A DNA stretch of 63,843 nt, counting the filler, from Reclinomonas americana ATCC 50394 (taxonomy: Eukaryota): assembly GCA_048213135.1 (NCBI GenBank). It is 11 parts of 11 records of this genome, joined end to end, with 100 filler letters (N's around TTAATTAATTAA, not from the genome) between each part and the next. Parts side by side here need not be neighbours in the genome. Positions count along the whole stretch, not along the records: positions 35,670 to 40,660 come from AFZH01020964.1; positions 40,761 to 54,404 come from AFZH01020965.1; 9 more parts are not named here. One strand, 5' to 3'. The position numbers were made by a program, and so were the translations under genes. The notes under the pieces were generated by a model. That model was not told the DNA's origin. It saw only the letters and a program-made list of their open reading frames with translations, and ran no database searches. This document shows, piece by piece, positions 36,518 to 50,200 of this stretch (position 1 is its first letter; each line of letters opens with the position of its first letter).

Positions 36518-39500
36518 ATGGCTGCGCCGATCTTGCCTCGACGCCCAGTGATTGCTGGCGACTACGGTGACTCGAGTGGTGGCGGTGGACATGGCGACGA
36601 TGAGCTGTACGGTGGATTTCAGGACGAGGAATATGGAGTTGCGTTGTCTCACTCTCCTCTCAACTCTTGCACACTCTCACGCACTCACTCTCGTGGACGC
36701 CCTCAGTTTGATTCGTATGGTGGTGGCGACGAGTACGGTGCGTACACGGGCGTCGGCACGTCGTATGGTGGCGGCTACCCACCAGGGACAGCTGGTTTGT
36801 CGTCTCTCTCTCGTTCGTCCCTCTCCTCTCTTGTCTGTCTCACGCTCAGTGGTGTGTGTGCAGCTCGCATGGGCACCAGTGTTGGCTTCATGCCAGGCAC
36901 AGCCATGTACGGTGGTGTGCCGGGCACTGCAGCGCAATTGTACGGAGGTGCTCCGGGTGGAGAGAGTGCACGCCCTGTGACGAGTGTGCGCGCTGCCGGG
37001 TACACGTCGGCAGGGCCAGCCACTGCCGGTGGTCGCCAGATCTTTGATCCCATGAAGAGTTGCGCTCGGTCTTTGCTCTTCCGTCCCCTTCTCTTTCCTG
37101 TCTGACGTCGCATGAGAGCAGCCAAGGGACCTGCGCCACCGCTGCAGAAGAAGAGCGAGAACGGACCAGAGGACATGGCCTTGGAGAAGGAGCGCGAGGT
37201 GCAGGACTTGTTGGAGCAGAGTGTGCAGGCCAACACTGAGGTGTGTCACGAGTCCATTGATGTGGTGTTCTTGCTCTCGTCATGCTCAACGCTGGAGCAG
37301 GGCAACTTCACTCTGGCGTTGGATCAGGCTCGCGAGTGCGGCAAGAAGGAGCGCCAGTTGGTGCGCTTCCGCGAGCAGAAGGAGCTGGCGGAGCAAATCA
37401 ATGTCGAGTTGACATACGCAGTCGCCTTCAATCTGGCACTGCAGTACGAGGCCAACAGCATGTTCACCGAGGCGCTCAACACGTACTCGTTGATCATCAA
37501 GAACCGGCAGTATCCACAGGCTGGTCGACTGCGCGTGAACATGGGCAATCTGTTCTTCAGACAGGTATGTGGTGCACGCGGGTAGGAGTTTTTTTGTTTT
37601 TCAATGCGTCTCACTGCTTGCTTTCGTTGCAGCGAAACTACCCCATGGCCATCAAGATGTACCGCATGGCACTCGACCAGATCCCACAAACCTCACGCAA
37701 TTTGCGCTTCCGCATCATGAAGAACATTGGTATTGCGTTCACCAAGACGGGCGACTACCAGCAGGCGCTGCAGTCGTTCCAGTCGGTGATGGAGGGTGCA
37801 CCAGATCCACAAACAGGTGCCTCTCGTGTCCGGAGTGAGCGCAAGGCTCCTTGTCTCACCACTTGTTCGTCCACAGGCTTCAATCTGCTCTTGTGCTACC
37901 TCTGTTTGGATGATCCCGATCGGATGAAGCGCGGCTTCATGAAGCTCATCACATCCAAAGTCATGCAGTCGCACGCCGAGATTGTGGATCAGCCAGCCGA
38001 AGAGGAGCAGGAGGAGGAGAACATTGAGGACTACGAGGACGACTCGCTCAAGGACCTGATGAAGGAGCGGTACGTGCCTGTGCGAGTGAGACTCACGTGT
38101 CAACTGCATGGCGCGGCTAACTCACCATACACCACCGCAGCATCAAGGCCGCTCAAAAGTACATGCTGATGGGCGCCAAGCTCATCGCGCCAAAGGTGGA
38201 AGACAACTGGGAGATTGGCTTTGACTTTGTCATTCAGCAATTCCGCGTGGCATCGTCCACCAACCCCATGATGGCCGACCTGGCCACGGAGATGGAGATG
38301 CACAAGGCGGTGACCTACCTCAACCACAAGGAACTGGAAAAGGTCGGTCTTGCTTGTTACAGTCTTGTCTACGTTGCCGCTCACCCTCTCGTTTGCAGGC
38401 CATCGAGTCGCTGAAGGCATTCGAGAAGAAGGACAAGAAGCTGAAGGCCCGCGCTGCTACCAACCTGTCGTACTTGTATTTGCTCGAGAACGACATGCCA
38501 AATGCCGAAAAGTGGGCCAGTTGCGTGCGACACTCGTGTGATACACCCTTCTCACACACGGAATGCAACCTCTCACGCAATACTGCACGGCAGATTTGGC
38601 GATTGAGGCTGATCGGTACAACGCCAAAGCCCTGGTCAACAAGGGCAACGTGCTGTTTGCGCAGCGCAAGTGGGTGGAGGCCAAAGAGTGCTACTCGGAG
38701 GCCGTATCACTTGAGGCCGATCTTGTGGAGGCTGTGTACAACCTCGGCTTGTGCAACAAGCATCTGGAGCTGTTCAACAAGGCTCTGCACAACTTCAAAC
38801 TCGTCTACAAGCTCATGCCAAGCTCGCTCGACGTGCTCTGGCAAATGGGTGACATGTTGCGTACCAGCACCACCACACTGCCGCACCCGCTATGCACCCT
38901 GTTTTTTTTGCTGAGAGAGACATATGATGTCGCAGCTACGATGTCCTGCACACGAAGGAGATGGAGAATTTGTCGGCCGACGAGGTCGATCGTGAGAATT
39001 TGGAGAGGAGTCTGGTGCGTATACAGAAGAATGCACAGATACAGGCAGGTGACACCACGTGCACACTGCTCATTTCTGGCGCGCAGGAATACTTTGACAA
39101 GCTGCATCACCGCGTACCCACTGATCCAGGCGTCCTGGCGCGCCTCGGTCAGCTGCACTGCAAGACCAACGACGAGGCTCAGGCATATCACTTTTTCGCC
39201 GAGGTACGTGACCGACACCTGCACGGCAGTGTGCCACGCACACGCACTCACTTCTCCGCCGACAGTCGTACCGCTACTTCCCCGTCAACATGGACGTCAT
39301 TTCGTGGCTGGGCGCCTACTACGTCAAGAACGATCTGTTTGAGAAGGCCATTCAGTTCTTTGATCGTGCGGCGCACATTGAGAGCGACAAGCCCGAGTGG
39401 CAGCTGCTGGTGGCCAGCTGCTACCGACGTATCGGCATGTACCAGCAGGCCAGGGATGTGTACGAGGAGATTCACGCCAAGCACCCAGACAATATGGAGT

Positions 39501-39934
39501 GTTGCGTCCCTGCTCTGTCACAGTGCCGACCTGCGGTCTGCGAGTGCGCTCATGGTGATGTTGGCAGGCTTGAAGTACTTGTACCCGATCTGCCAGGACC
39601 TGGGGTTGCACAAGGAGGCACAGGAGTATCTGACCGCGTTGCATCGACTCGAGGAGCGGCAAAAGGATCCAGCGCGCTTCGCACCGCCACCGAACGCCGA
39701 CAACCCAAAGTCAGCGGCCGCCGCCAGAGGCGCCGACCCGAGCGAGGAGCCGGCACTGAACTCGCCGCGTCGTGCCAAGGAATTTGGCCAGCAGCCTGCC
39801 AGTTGCGCTCACTAATACTATGTTCCTCTCTCTTGTTAACGTTGACTCACGGTTGTTTCACAGCAATTGGTGGTGGCCGCGGTGGCGACGACGACTGGGG
39901 CGACGATGGTCTCGACGATCTTTTGCCCACGTAA
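36518..39934 (+). CDS. IFT88: Intraflagellar transport protein 88 (TPR); about 14 introns; start could be 36452
   Basis: ARPVTSVRAAGY, GRLRVNMGNL, AIKMYRMALDQIP, ADRYNAKALVNKGN, YRYFPVNMDVISWLGAYY, WQLLVASCYRR, DDWGDDGLDDLLP. Confidence 0.96.
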
Positions 39935-40236
39935 TGAGAAGGGGGGTGCAGGGAGCTTTTTTCGATGGCAAAGGAGCACGACAAGAGAATGAAGCGTTGA
40001 GTGGACTGTGTATTCGTGCAGGCATGACGGTCCCATCAGTGCGTCCAAAGGTTTGTGGGTCCCACACACTGTTTCGCACAAACACAGCAAAGCCGGCAAG
40101 TGAGAAGTCCTCATTCGTTGCTCATGGATACACCACCGCCACCCACGCCTGTGTCTGTGGACGCGCGTCGTGGTGCGTGCTCACAAAACACTTGACTTTC
40201 TCTTTCGCGCCTGATCTAACGAGATGAACTTGTTTG

Positions 40237-41906
40237 ATGCGCATGTCAGCATTCTGGACGTGTGTGGGGCGAGGTGATGCAGAGCACGTGCGTGCGGCTG
40301 TGCTGAATCAGCCGGGATTGCTCAAAGCCGTGGACGAAAAGTTGCGTGAGTGGCGCGGCAAGCGTGATTCGATCGACTCTGTGTGTGCGAGTCTCTCTCT
40401 GACCTGGATGGCTGTCTGCACCCAGTGAGGAGAACGTTCTGTTCCCATGCATTCGCTCAGGCCACGATGACATTGCGCGAGTTGCGTGCATCGCATGTGT
40501 GTCGGGGCTCCACGAGTTGTCTCCATATTCATTCATCACGCTCGTGTGCAGTTTCTGGCCGACACACAACGCGGCGCCAGTGTGCACCAGCGCAACTCGG
40601 ATGGCGAAACAGTGTTGCACGGTGTGCCTCTCATGTGGTCTCTGTTCTCTACGTCGTGCANNNNNNNNNNNNNNNNNNNNNNNNNNNNNNNNNNNNNNNN
40701 NNNNTTAATTAATTAANNNNNNNNNNNNNNNNNNNNNNNNNNNNNNNNNNNNNNNNNNNNGCATCGGACGGCGGCACAGCTGCGCGAGTTCGCGCAAACA
40801 TTTGCACCGTTGCGACGACCTGCAAACAAGAATTGTTCTGCAACTCTCATTGATTCATTTGTGTACTGTGCTGCACTCAGAGCGCCCACGGACATTCGTC
40901 GAGTGTGGAATCACCTACCGCTGCGCGATATGGTGCCAGACAATTTCTTCACTGCGCTGTCGCAGTTGGAACAGAACGACCCTTACGAGCCGGTCGTGAA
41001 GAAGTTCCTCGATGCGTGGCTGCTGCCGGCGGCTGCACTGCTTGGCGTCACCGAACGCTCACTCACAATTACCGACGAGGCCAAGCCGCCGGGCGAGGAA
41101 GTGCTCCTGGCCACTGGCGAGGTTGCTCGGCTCTTTGAGGGGCCGTTGGCACGTGTGGTTGTGGTGGCCCGTCGTGGCGGTGCCGGCAACATGCTGCCAG
41201 GTGTGTGGGTGTTCGTTCTGCAAGCATGCGCGTCAGGGACAACTCTTATGCCGGCCACTGCACAGCGTGTGTACAAGCGATTCTTGAGTTGGCCACTCTT
41301 TGCCAGCTGGACCGCACTGTCAATCGTCACCAACAGCGACTGCATTTTGCCATGGTCACCACCGGCTATCGATATCAGTTTATCCAGTTTAGCCCCTTGG
41401 CAGTGCTAATGTCACGCCAGTTTTGTGCGGACACGTGGCTCGACTTGGTGGCCATTATGCACCGGTTCCACGGCGTCATGGCAACTGTTCAGGTGCACAT
41501 CCACACCCGTGCTATGCAGCTGCGTTCCAACTTAAAATGTGTTGTTCACCTTGCATATCCGCAGGCTACGGAATCGCTGCCAGCGTGGGTGGAGCACTCG
41601 TGCGCCGGCAGTATGGCCTCGGCAAGTGCACCATCGCCGTTTGCGGGCATGTCATCCGCCTGGTCACCGGCCAGCAGCAGCGGCTCACGCACATCTGACT
41701 CGGAAGTTTGTGATCCGTTGTCTCCATTTGAGTCGCCTCTTGGCGACGCCAGCGTGCGCAGACCACCACCACCGCCACTGGCGGCTCCCAGAGGCGACGG
41801 CGACGATGACGATGATGACGACGATGCGTATTCCGCAAGCTCCATTGATCGCGCCGAGACGCCGCCAGCCAAGACGGCACACAGGGACATGGACGATCCA
41901 TACTAG
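40237..41906 (+). CDS. Ankyrin-repeat-containing protein of unknown function (spans a gap; joining the two halves is inferred)
   Basis: KAVDEN|EENVLFPCIRSGHDDIAR|FLADTQRGASVHQRNSDGETVLH; long same-strand coding exons continue after the gap. Confidence 0.55.
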
Positions 41907-42150
41907 TTGTTTTAAACACAAGACTTATTGTTACATTCATTTAACATTGGATTGCGATTCGGGAGCTACTGTTTCTTTTGGTTGGGTGGGTCGTGTAGGC
42001 CGAGTCGCGTACGCGCGAGGGAGAGGACGGTCCGATTTCGCCCTGGCCACGAACCAAGCGGCCACTGCACGGAGTCTGGCACAGTCGACGACGCTCGCTG
42101 AGGCTGAACATTCGTACACATCAATCAAAGTGAGATGGAGCGATATTGAA

Positions 42151-43493
42151 CTACAAGATCGGCAGACTCACCGTCGACGGCAGCGAAGGTAGACGATGTG
42201 CGCCAGTGGACCATCTAAAGAATTCTTCATCGGCATCTCCGCTGGCCGCATTCAGTCGCGGCAGCGGTGGTGGTGATGGCCCATCACCGGCAGGTTCATC
42301 GTTGTCAGCATCCGCCGGCTGCTTGTCGTCCTTGTCGTTGATGCTGAATGTCACTGTCCCCTGGCGAGTCTTTGCTTTCGTCGGCCGGCGATGCACACGC
42401 CACTGGTAACAAGATCAGCGACAACCACATTTGCGCACGCACACACAAACGCGAGCGAACCTTGGGCACGAGCTCTTCTTCGTCTTCCTCCCATTCCTTG
42501 CGTCGTTTGCAGCCCCAGACGAGAAAGACCACCAGTAGCACAGCCAGAAAGATCAACACAATGACCCACCAATGGTCGCCGATCCAGCTGGGCGGAACAT
42601 CGACAACTTCTTCGTCGCCACTGGTGTCTTGCATGCCGGGAGTTGTGGGTGTTCCGCTGTCACCAGATGGTGGTGTGGTTGGGACCGGAGCAACGGGAGT
42701 GCCCATATCCTCCGGCGCACTGGGCAGTGTTGGCAGAGGTGCAAAATCGGGCACCACCGGCTCCTCCGTGTCCACCGGCACCACGGCAAATGTACCTGAG
42801 CGCGCAACCATCGGATGCACTGGCGCCTCCGTGTCCACCACGAACAGCACCAGCGGTGTGCTGTCGTAGGTCTCCTGTGTGTGCCACTGCAGCGTGTTGA
42901 CCTCGGAGGAGTCGCAGTTGCACGGAATGGTCCACGATTGCAGAACCAGAGGGTCGTCGACATTGACGAGACCGCGCACCTCAGTATCCGTCAAGGAGCC
43001 ATCCAGGCCAATGACCACCGTGGCGCGAGTCAGCAGCACCAGTGCTTTCATCATCGACGCTCGCGAACACTGGAAGGCCAGCTGCACGGGGTCGCCCGAC
43101 TGTACCACCATCTCACTGGGTGGTGAAGTGACGCTGATTACGGGAGAGCGGACCGAGAACAGTGGCGAGGCGCCAATCACCGAGGCCGTCAACGCATCCC
43201 TCACGTAGACTTGATAGTTGTTCATACCAGTCACCACGTCGGCAACCAAGGTCCACTGCAGAGTGTTCTGCGTGTGGCCGTCACAAACACCGGCGTAGCC
43301 GGGATCCAGCACGAAAGAATCTTGTGGAGATGAACCCTCCAGCGTCACCTTCGCAGTTTGTGCTGCGGATCCAAGACATGTCCACTTGACGGTGAGATCG
43401 TCGAACCGCGTGACCGTGTCACCGGATTGTGGAGCTACCACAGAGATGCTTGGTCCTGCAGATACACGAGCGAATTCAGTGATGAGAAAGAGC

Positions 43494-43524
<31 letters not shown>

Positions 43525-46500
43525 AGCACTCAACTACTAGTTGTCAACGTCGTCAACAGCGTCCATGGATCATTGGCGGATGACGAGCCCAGGCGCAGAC
43601 ACAGCTGCACACTGGGATTGGCAGCGGCGACCGCGGAAGTCATACTCAACACCGCAACCTCGGCAGTATCCGATGGGCCGGTGGTATCTGGATTGGCGCT
43701 GGTCCCGGGGAGCATGGTGCCGGTGGCGCATGTTGCAGTGGATGAAATCAGTTTGAACTGATCGCGAGACTGTGGTGGTCAACATTGTTGGCACGAATGA
43801 GTTCATGCAACGCATGCTGTGACCAATCAAAGTGATCTCTCACCGGCGACAGATTGCTGCCAGTGATTGTCACTCGTGTCGGCACCGCCTCAATAACAAC
43901 AGTGGTGGTGCTGATTGTTGCCGTTTGCACTGCAACGGAGTGCATGTGAGAAGAAGTACGCATCAAGTACGACGACAATCATCGCACTCACCAGAGGTCA
44001 GCTGCAAATCAACCATCGACGTGTCTTGCGCTCGTGTCCATCCGGCACCAGCGAGATTGTAGCATATCGCATAGTTGCCTGCGACAGCACACACTCCTCA
44101 GTGATGCTCTGGACAGCAGAACACATCTGAATTGTTAAACAACAGCAGCACAGAATACCTGCTCGAATGTTTCCCGACACAACAACTGCCGTGGCAGTGG
44201 CAGAGATTGGCGTGAGCGCCGGACCGGTGGTGAAGTCCGGCGGGTTGCATCTGCCTCCAGCCGGTACCAGTTGCACCAGAACATTGGTGCTGAGACCAGT
44301 ACCCAGTAACTACGCGATAAAAAGTACGTGAGCACCTGTGGCATATCACGTATATCAACCACATCAAGATCTTAAGTCGTAACTGTCAGTGTCCCCGATG
44401 GCGAGTCTGCACGAATGCTAAAGGGCGTCACGCCGCGGATGCCAGGTGGAAAGGCGACAGTAAATGGCGGAGAGTCCTGACTGACGGCATTGATGCTGGG
44501 CGACACGGTAGCATTCAACGACTTCATGGTCACACGAATCTTGCTGCCTGTGGATGCGGAAGGAAGGAGAAGCGCCATGTTAATAATCCCGCTCATCATC
44601 ATTCGAATACATCTGCCGCAGGAACACACCTGCTCCGCCGACAACAGTGAGTGGCACTATCACCGAGGCAGTGTTTGGCGTGCCAGTCGGACCAGGACTG
44701 CATGTGGGCACAAACGAGCCCAACAACACCGGCGTCACTCCTGCATCTAGCAGGAAGACATCCACTCCAATTCGACTGGCGCCATTGAACAGGGCCACAC
44801 ACGAGTACTGCACGTTGTTTGCAATGCCAGCCGTCAACGGATTCACCGCGACAGTCACCGACGGAATGCTGGGCACTGACAGGCGTATCAATTGCAGCGA
44901 TGAGCATGAATGTACAATAATGCTTGCGACGGACGACAGAATGCAAACACACACCGTGAAACGTGAACGCTGTTGGCGAGTCGGCCACCACAGTCGTGTC
45001 CGTGTTGCGCAGGCGCACATTGTATGTCGACGAGTCGACCATGGTTGTCACCACCAGCGGTGTAGTCACAGACACAGTCGCGGGAGATGCCCTGGCGTGC
45101 GCACCCACAGTCAGGTACGGATCGTGTCACGGCACACACACACACACACGCAAAGCCGCGCAGATACGCAACATTCGCAAGGTAGAGGCAGTAAAGACTG
45201 CTTCAGTGGTACATGGCTCGACGCAGCCAGTGGCCACGGCCAGCACCTCGATATTCGCGTCGAATTTGTCGATATTGTACTGTGTCGCGTTTGTCAAGTG
45301 TCAGGTGCACAAATGAAGGCAGTTCGCGGGAGGCAGACGCAACAGAGATATCTGGAATGTAGTACTGATACACGTCGGCAGGGAGCATGATGAAGGTCAC
45401 TGATGAGGCAGAGAAAGAGTGTTGGTGATACCAAAGAGTGATCATGAACGAGATGGAGGAGGAAACAGAACGCACTCAGAGCCGAGGCAGCGACACAGAC
45501 ACCATCCACCACTGTCACACGACGACGAGACAACACACAGTCAGCAATCCACACTGCATCGCACATGCCACAAAGAATGGCGGGAGCGTACCCGTTTGCA
45601 ACACGGCGGCCAGGGTGACGGAATCGGTGGTGCCGATTGGTTGATACAGTTTCTGTGCTGGGTTTGTTGGGTCTGGCGAGGCGTACTCCTTCATCTCCTT
45701 GTCTTCAAATGTGGGCAAAGCGGCAAAATCTAGGGACTGGGTCAAGGCAACGGTCTTGATGATGACTCCCCTCGCACGGATGCTCGCCGCCGCTGTCGCC
45801 GCGCGAGTCACTTGACCCTGGTAATTGACATCTGATGATTTGCGTGTCAGAAACTCGTGCAAAATGAGACTGACCCTCTGCCACGCTCACCTGTCCACGG
45901 ATCCGAGCCAGCAAGATACTCGAAAGTGTTGGTGGTGTCACAAATGTACTGGGCGTAGGTGAAGTAGCTGGTGCACTCGGTCAGGCGCGCGGTGAGGTAG
46001 ATCATGATTTTGACTGCGTCGGGGCGCAAGTTGGTGGCCGTGGCCCAAAAGTTGTCTGCCCACTCGAGCGCAAGGTACGAGGCCGAGAAGCGCGCATCCA
46101 TCAAATTGGCGCCCAACGTGTTGACGAGTCCGGGGGCAATGGCCGCAAACGAAGCCGCAGTGTCGCCCATTGCCGGGTCCGGTCGAATGTCGAATCCTTG
46201 CGAAAGATCCACCGCCGTGGCGTATGGAATCGGCGTGTAGCCGGGACAGAATGTAAACTGATCCGCACACCCAAATGGGGCCGGGAACGTGTAATCCGAC
46301 GTGTCAGACGGCGTGGAGACTGCGCAGCGCTCTTCTGCGTGAGAGGACACAAAAGGAGGTGTGCGCGCGCGCGACGCAACATTGTCGCACAGACAGGTGC
46401 TGAAAGTCGTAGTCGAGCGAGCCAGCCAAGTCGGCAATCCAGTCTGTGACCAGCGGCTGATACGGCGTGACATAACTCGAACCTGACACCGTCATCATTA

Positions 46501-46757
46501 TCGTGAGTGATGTTCGAAATGATGACACAGCAGAAGCGAACACACGCACACATACACAAACACACACACACACACACACAAAGATAGACTGCCGACAACT
46601 CACCGTCAAAGAGCAGCAACACGTCGGCTTTTGTGGAGGTGCAGGAGATGGTCGTTGGCACCGCATCCACCTCATGTATTGTGCGAGTCGTCACCATAAG
46701 AAGAAGTAGACAGAAAGTCACGCGCATGACTGCGCTTGGCCGCAGCGAAGCGTGCAT
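42151..46757 (-). CDS. Type I cell-surface protein: signal peptide, vWA-like domain, beta-sandwich repeats, Pro/Thr stalk, TM, cytoplasmic tail (paralog A)
   Basis: KADVLLLFDGSSYV, LSVRQ|FST, LRPDAVKIMIYLT, AASIRARGVII; repeats ISVVAPQSG...LTVKW and ISVTSPPS...VQLAF; TM WWVIVLIFLAVLLVVFLVW. Confidence 0.75.
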
Positions 46758-47294
46758 TGTCTGCCTACGCTCTCTCACGGCTGTGTGTGAGCGTGCGCGC
46801 AAGTTTGTGTTTGTGTGGTGTGTGAGAGAGAGTGTGTGTGAGTGAGCGAGTGATTGCGCTACAAATGACATAAAAGGCAAATTCGCAAGTGGCCACGCAC
46901 CACTTCTCCTCGCGTCACAACATCGCAGACTGCACACCTCTGCGCACATTCGTGCGAGCGGTCACTGGAGTGAGTGCGAGAAGTGTGAAGTGTGTGTGCC
47001 GCTCGCTGTTCGGCGTGTGTGCGGTCGTGTGTGTCTTGGACAATCAGTCAAGGCGAGCACTGTACACTCCTTATCTTACATCGTCGGCAAACCCGACGCG
47101 CAGGTTTCGCGACGTGGGCGATGTCGACCTGCGCAGGAGATGCTGCTCGCCACCATCGCCGCCATCTGCGACTTGCGCCGGAAGCGCCGGTAGCAGCAGC
47201 GGTTGCCAGCCGGCGCCAGAGGTGTCCATCGGAAGTGGTGGAGGCTGCACAAGGGAAGGAGACGGGCATTGAGTCAGCATACAGGCGGAGATCG

Positions 47295-50200
47295 TCAGTG
47301 CACTTGCGTAACGTTGGCCAGAGGCGGCAACTGCATGCCGCGCCGCGGAGACCCCGAGCCGGGCAGCCGCACAGCGTCCTGTTGGTCGACCTTGACACGG
47401 TTCAAGCGCAACAGCTGTGGCAGGGAGACGCGGAACTGCGTGCCCCGATCGTCGTGCATGTTGACATTGATCTTGGATGGTCTGCGTGTGGAACCAGGTT
47501 CGGTGTCCTTGTTGGCGGCAGGCTTGGCGGCGTCATCGTCATCGTCATCGTCATCATCATCATCGTCGGAAAGCGGCGCACCGGCGTCACGCGCCTTCAT
47601 GCGGGCAAGCATTCGCATCTTCAAGTCGCGGAACCACGGACTGCGGAACTGCGCGAACGGAATGAAAGAGTCAGCGGTCGACAGGGCACCCACGGCGCAG
47701 TGCAGACGACGACGAACCTTTGGCACCAATCCGTCCTCCTCCCACTTCTTGCGCCGTTTGATGAGCCACGACGTCAGCAAGCCGAGAAGAAGAGCCGAAA
47801 AGAGTGCCACCATCAGCGGCCACAGACACTGTACGAATGTGCGACAAATGCCTTGCGAGTCGTCCTCTTGCTGGCTCCCGTCACTACTCCCACCTCCGGA
47901 AGTTCCTCCGGCACCACTACCATCGCCACCGGTACTGCCACCGCCATCGCCACCGGCACCGGTGCCGCCTCCGCTGCCGTCGCCAGAACCGGTGCCACTA
48001 GAGCCATCGCCACCGCCACTCGTGGCTCCATCACCGCCACCAGAGTCGCTGGTGGCGCCGTTGATGCTGCTCGCATCTTGTGCCCCGGCAATGGGAGGCA
48101 GTGTGTCGGGATCGGGTATGGGTGGCGGTGTATCACCAACTTCGACCACCGAAAACGCCGGCGAGCGGGAGGCGAAAACCACCACCGGTGCCGTGTAGTC
48201 GATCACGAATGCCACCAGGGCCTCGTCGACGGCTTCCGCAGGTGTCCAGGAGAACGTATTCAGGGGCGGCAAGGCCGTAGAACACACGCACGGCGTGACC
48301 TGGTTGACAAGGACGTCGTCCATCGACGACTGACTCGAGGTCACGGAGCCGTCAATCGACACCGACGTGGTGGCCTTGGCGATCAGGATGCGCGCCGAGA
48401 TCATTTGTGCGCGATTGCAGCGGAATCCGACTTGCAGTGGCTGACCAGGGCGGATGACGGCGCCCAGCGGAGGGTCCGTGACGAGAATGAACGGTGTGCT
48501 GACAATCAGCAGCGGCGACAGCGACGGGGGCACGGATGATCCGGTCACCGTGCTGCGAATCACCACCCGATACTGCGGAATGCCGACAATGGCATCGGCC
48601 GGTACCGTCCATGTCAGCTCGTTGACAAATAGTCCGTCGCACGTTGACGGTGTTGCAGCTGAGCAAGTGTAAGCCACCAGAGGGACGTGTCGGGGCGGCA
48701 AGCACAGCATGAAATTATCTCACCGGCAATCTCAAACTTGTCATGCAGGGACGGGCCCTCGAAAGCAATGGAGACGGAGGTGCCAGTGGTCGCCGCACAC
48801 CGCCACTGCACCACGAGCGGACTGAAGCGCACGAATGCAGTGTTGGCCACTGGAGCCACCAGTGTGATGGACGGTGCTGCAGAGCAAATGTTTGTGAGGC
48901 ACAGGAGCGGAGAACACTGCCACACTCAATAAAACTTCGACGCAACAAACGAGTGCCAGCTCGGCGACTCCCTTCCACGGCAGCGTTGATGCACTACCGT
49001 AGCGGACACACAGACGCACAGTGGGCGGCGTTGGCAACGCGGCCACAGACGACGGCGGAATGGTAATTGTCAGTCGAACGAGCGTGGTCGAGGCACCCAC
49101 TGCATCGGCGCGCACATCGCTGCCGGCAATGATGGACATGGCCGAGCACGTGGTGCCACCGGGGACCAAGATGTACTGGTCGCGATTCTGAGACGGAGAA
49201 TGAGCATGAATAGGTGACTCGCATACGATACTGTAAACAGAGGCAATATCTCCGTACCGCATTCAAGTTGACTCCGTTCACCGTCACCGTGTTGGGTCCG
49301 CCGTCAGTGACCAGCGCATTGGTACCGGAGGACACGACTCCGGTAGCCGAGGCTGGTGGAGTACAGGTTGGTGAGCACAATGTCTGATTATACGAACCAC
49401 GCAACGAGTTGCTCTCACCGGGCGTAAAGTGCACATCGACACTGTTTTGTTGCAGTGGTCGCCAGACGCCCTGCAGGCCGTAGTCGTAGCAGAGCGTATA
49501 ATCACCTTGACCGACAAAGAAATGCACTTTTTTCAGTGGCTCGCACTCGCCGAAGTGCTGCAAGCACAACGCCCGCTTACCGAGTGGAACGCCCGTCGCC
49601 GGCACATCTATGACCATCGAGGTCACCGTTGCCGTGGCCATCCGAGGTGTCAACAGCACGGCAGCCGGCGCCGAGCACAACGTGCCGTATGGCACGAGTT
49701 TCAAGCCCATGGCGTTGACGATACTGAGGCCGGTGAGCTGTGCAAACGGAACAGTAAGTAATCCGAAACAAACAAGTCAGCTAAGCGCATGAGATGCACC
49801 GTGAAGCTGACACCAGGAGTTTGCGCAGGGATCGGAACATTATCCAGTCCAAACACCGCTGCGGAAAGTGTACGTGAGTTGACTGTCAACTAATCATGAT
49901 GCTGCGGTGCGCGATCAAAAAGACACATGCCTCGAGTGGCGGCCGTGCAAATGGCATCGAGGACTAGCCGGGCGGAGTAAGTGAGACACACAGCAGAGCA
50001 ATAAAATACACAGAGAATGCGGACTGCGTAACTCGGTTGCTGCGTGAGAGAGAGGTCAAACCCCATCGTCATTGGATCGACAACGGAAACTGGATTGTAC
50101 AGAAGCGCGCCATTTGAATCCCGCGATGCATACTGCGTCAGCTCAAACGCCTCCCAGTCGTTCCGCCACTCAGTGTAGTAGGCGTCGATATATGCCACGA

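Noticed and set aside
39045..39050. Apparent GC donor (CAG|GCAGGT) in IFT88
   Set aside because: The upstream G|GTGCGT at 39015 gives a typical ~72-nt intron and a better reading (ERSL|EYFDKL).
45337..45342. GTTGCG on the minus strand in vWA paralog A
   Set aside because: Appears to lie inside an open exon (DISVASAS); not counted as a donor. It shows the hexamer alone is not sufficient.
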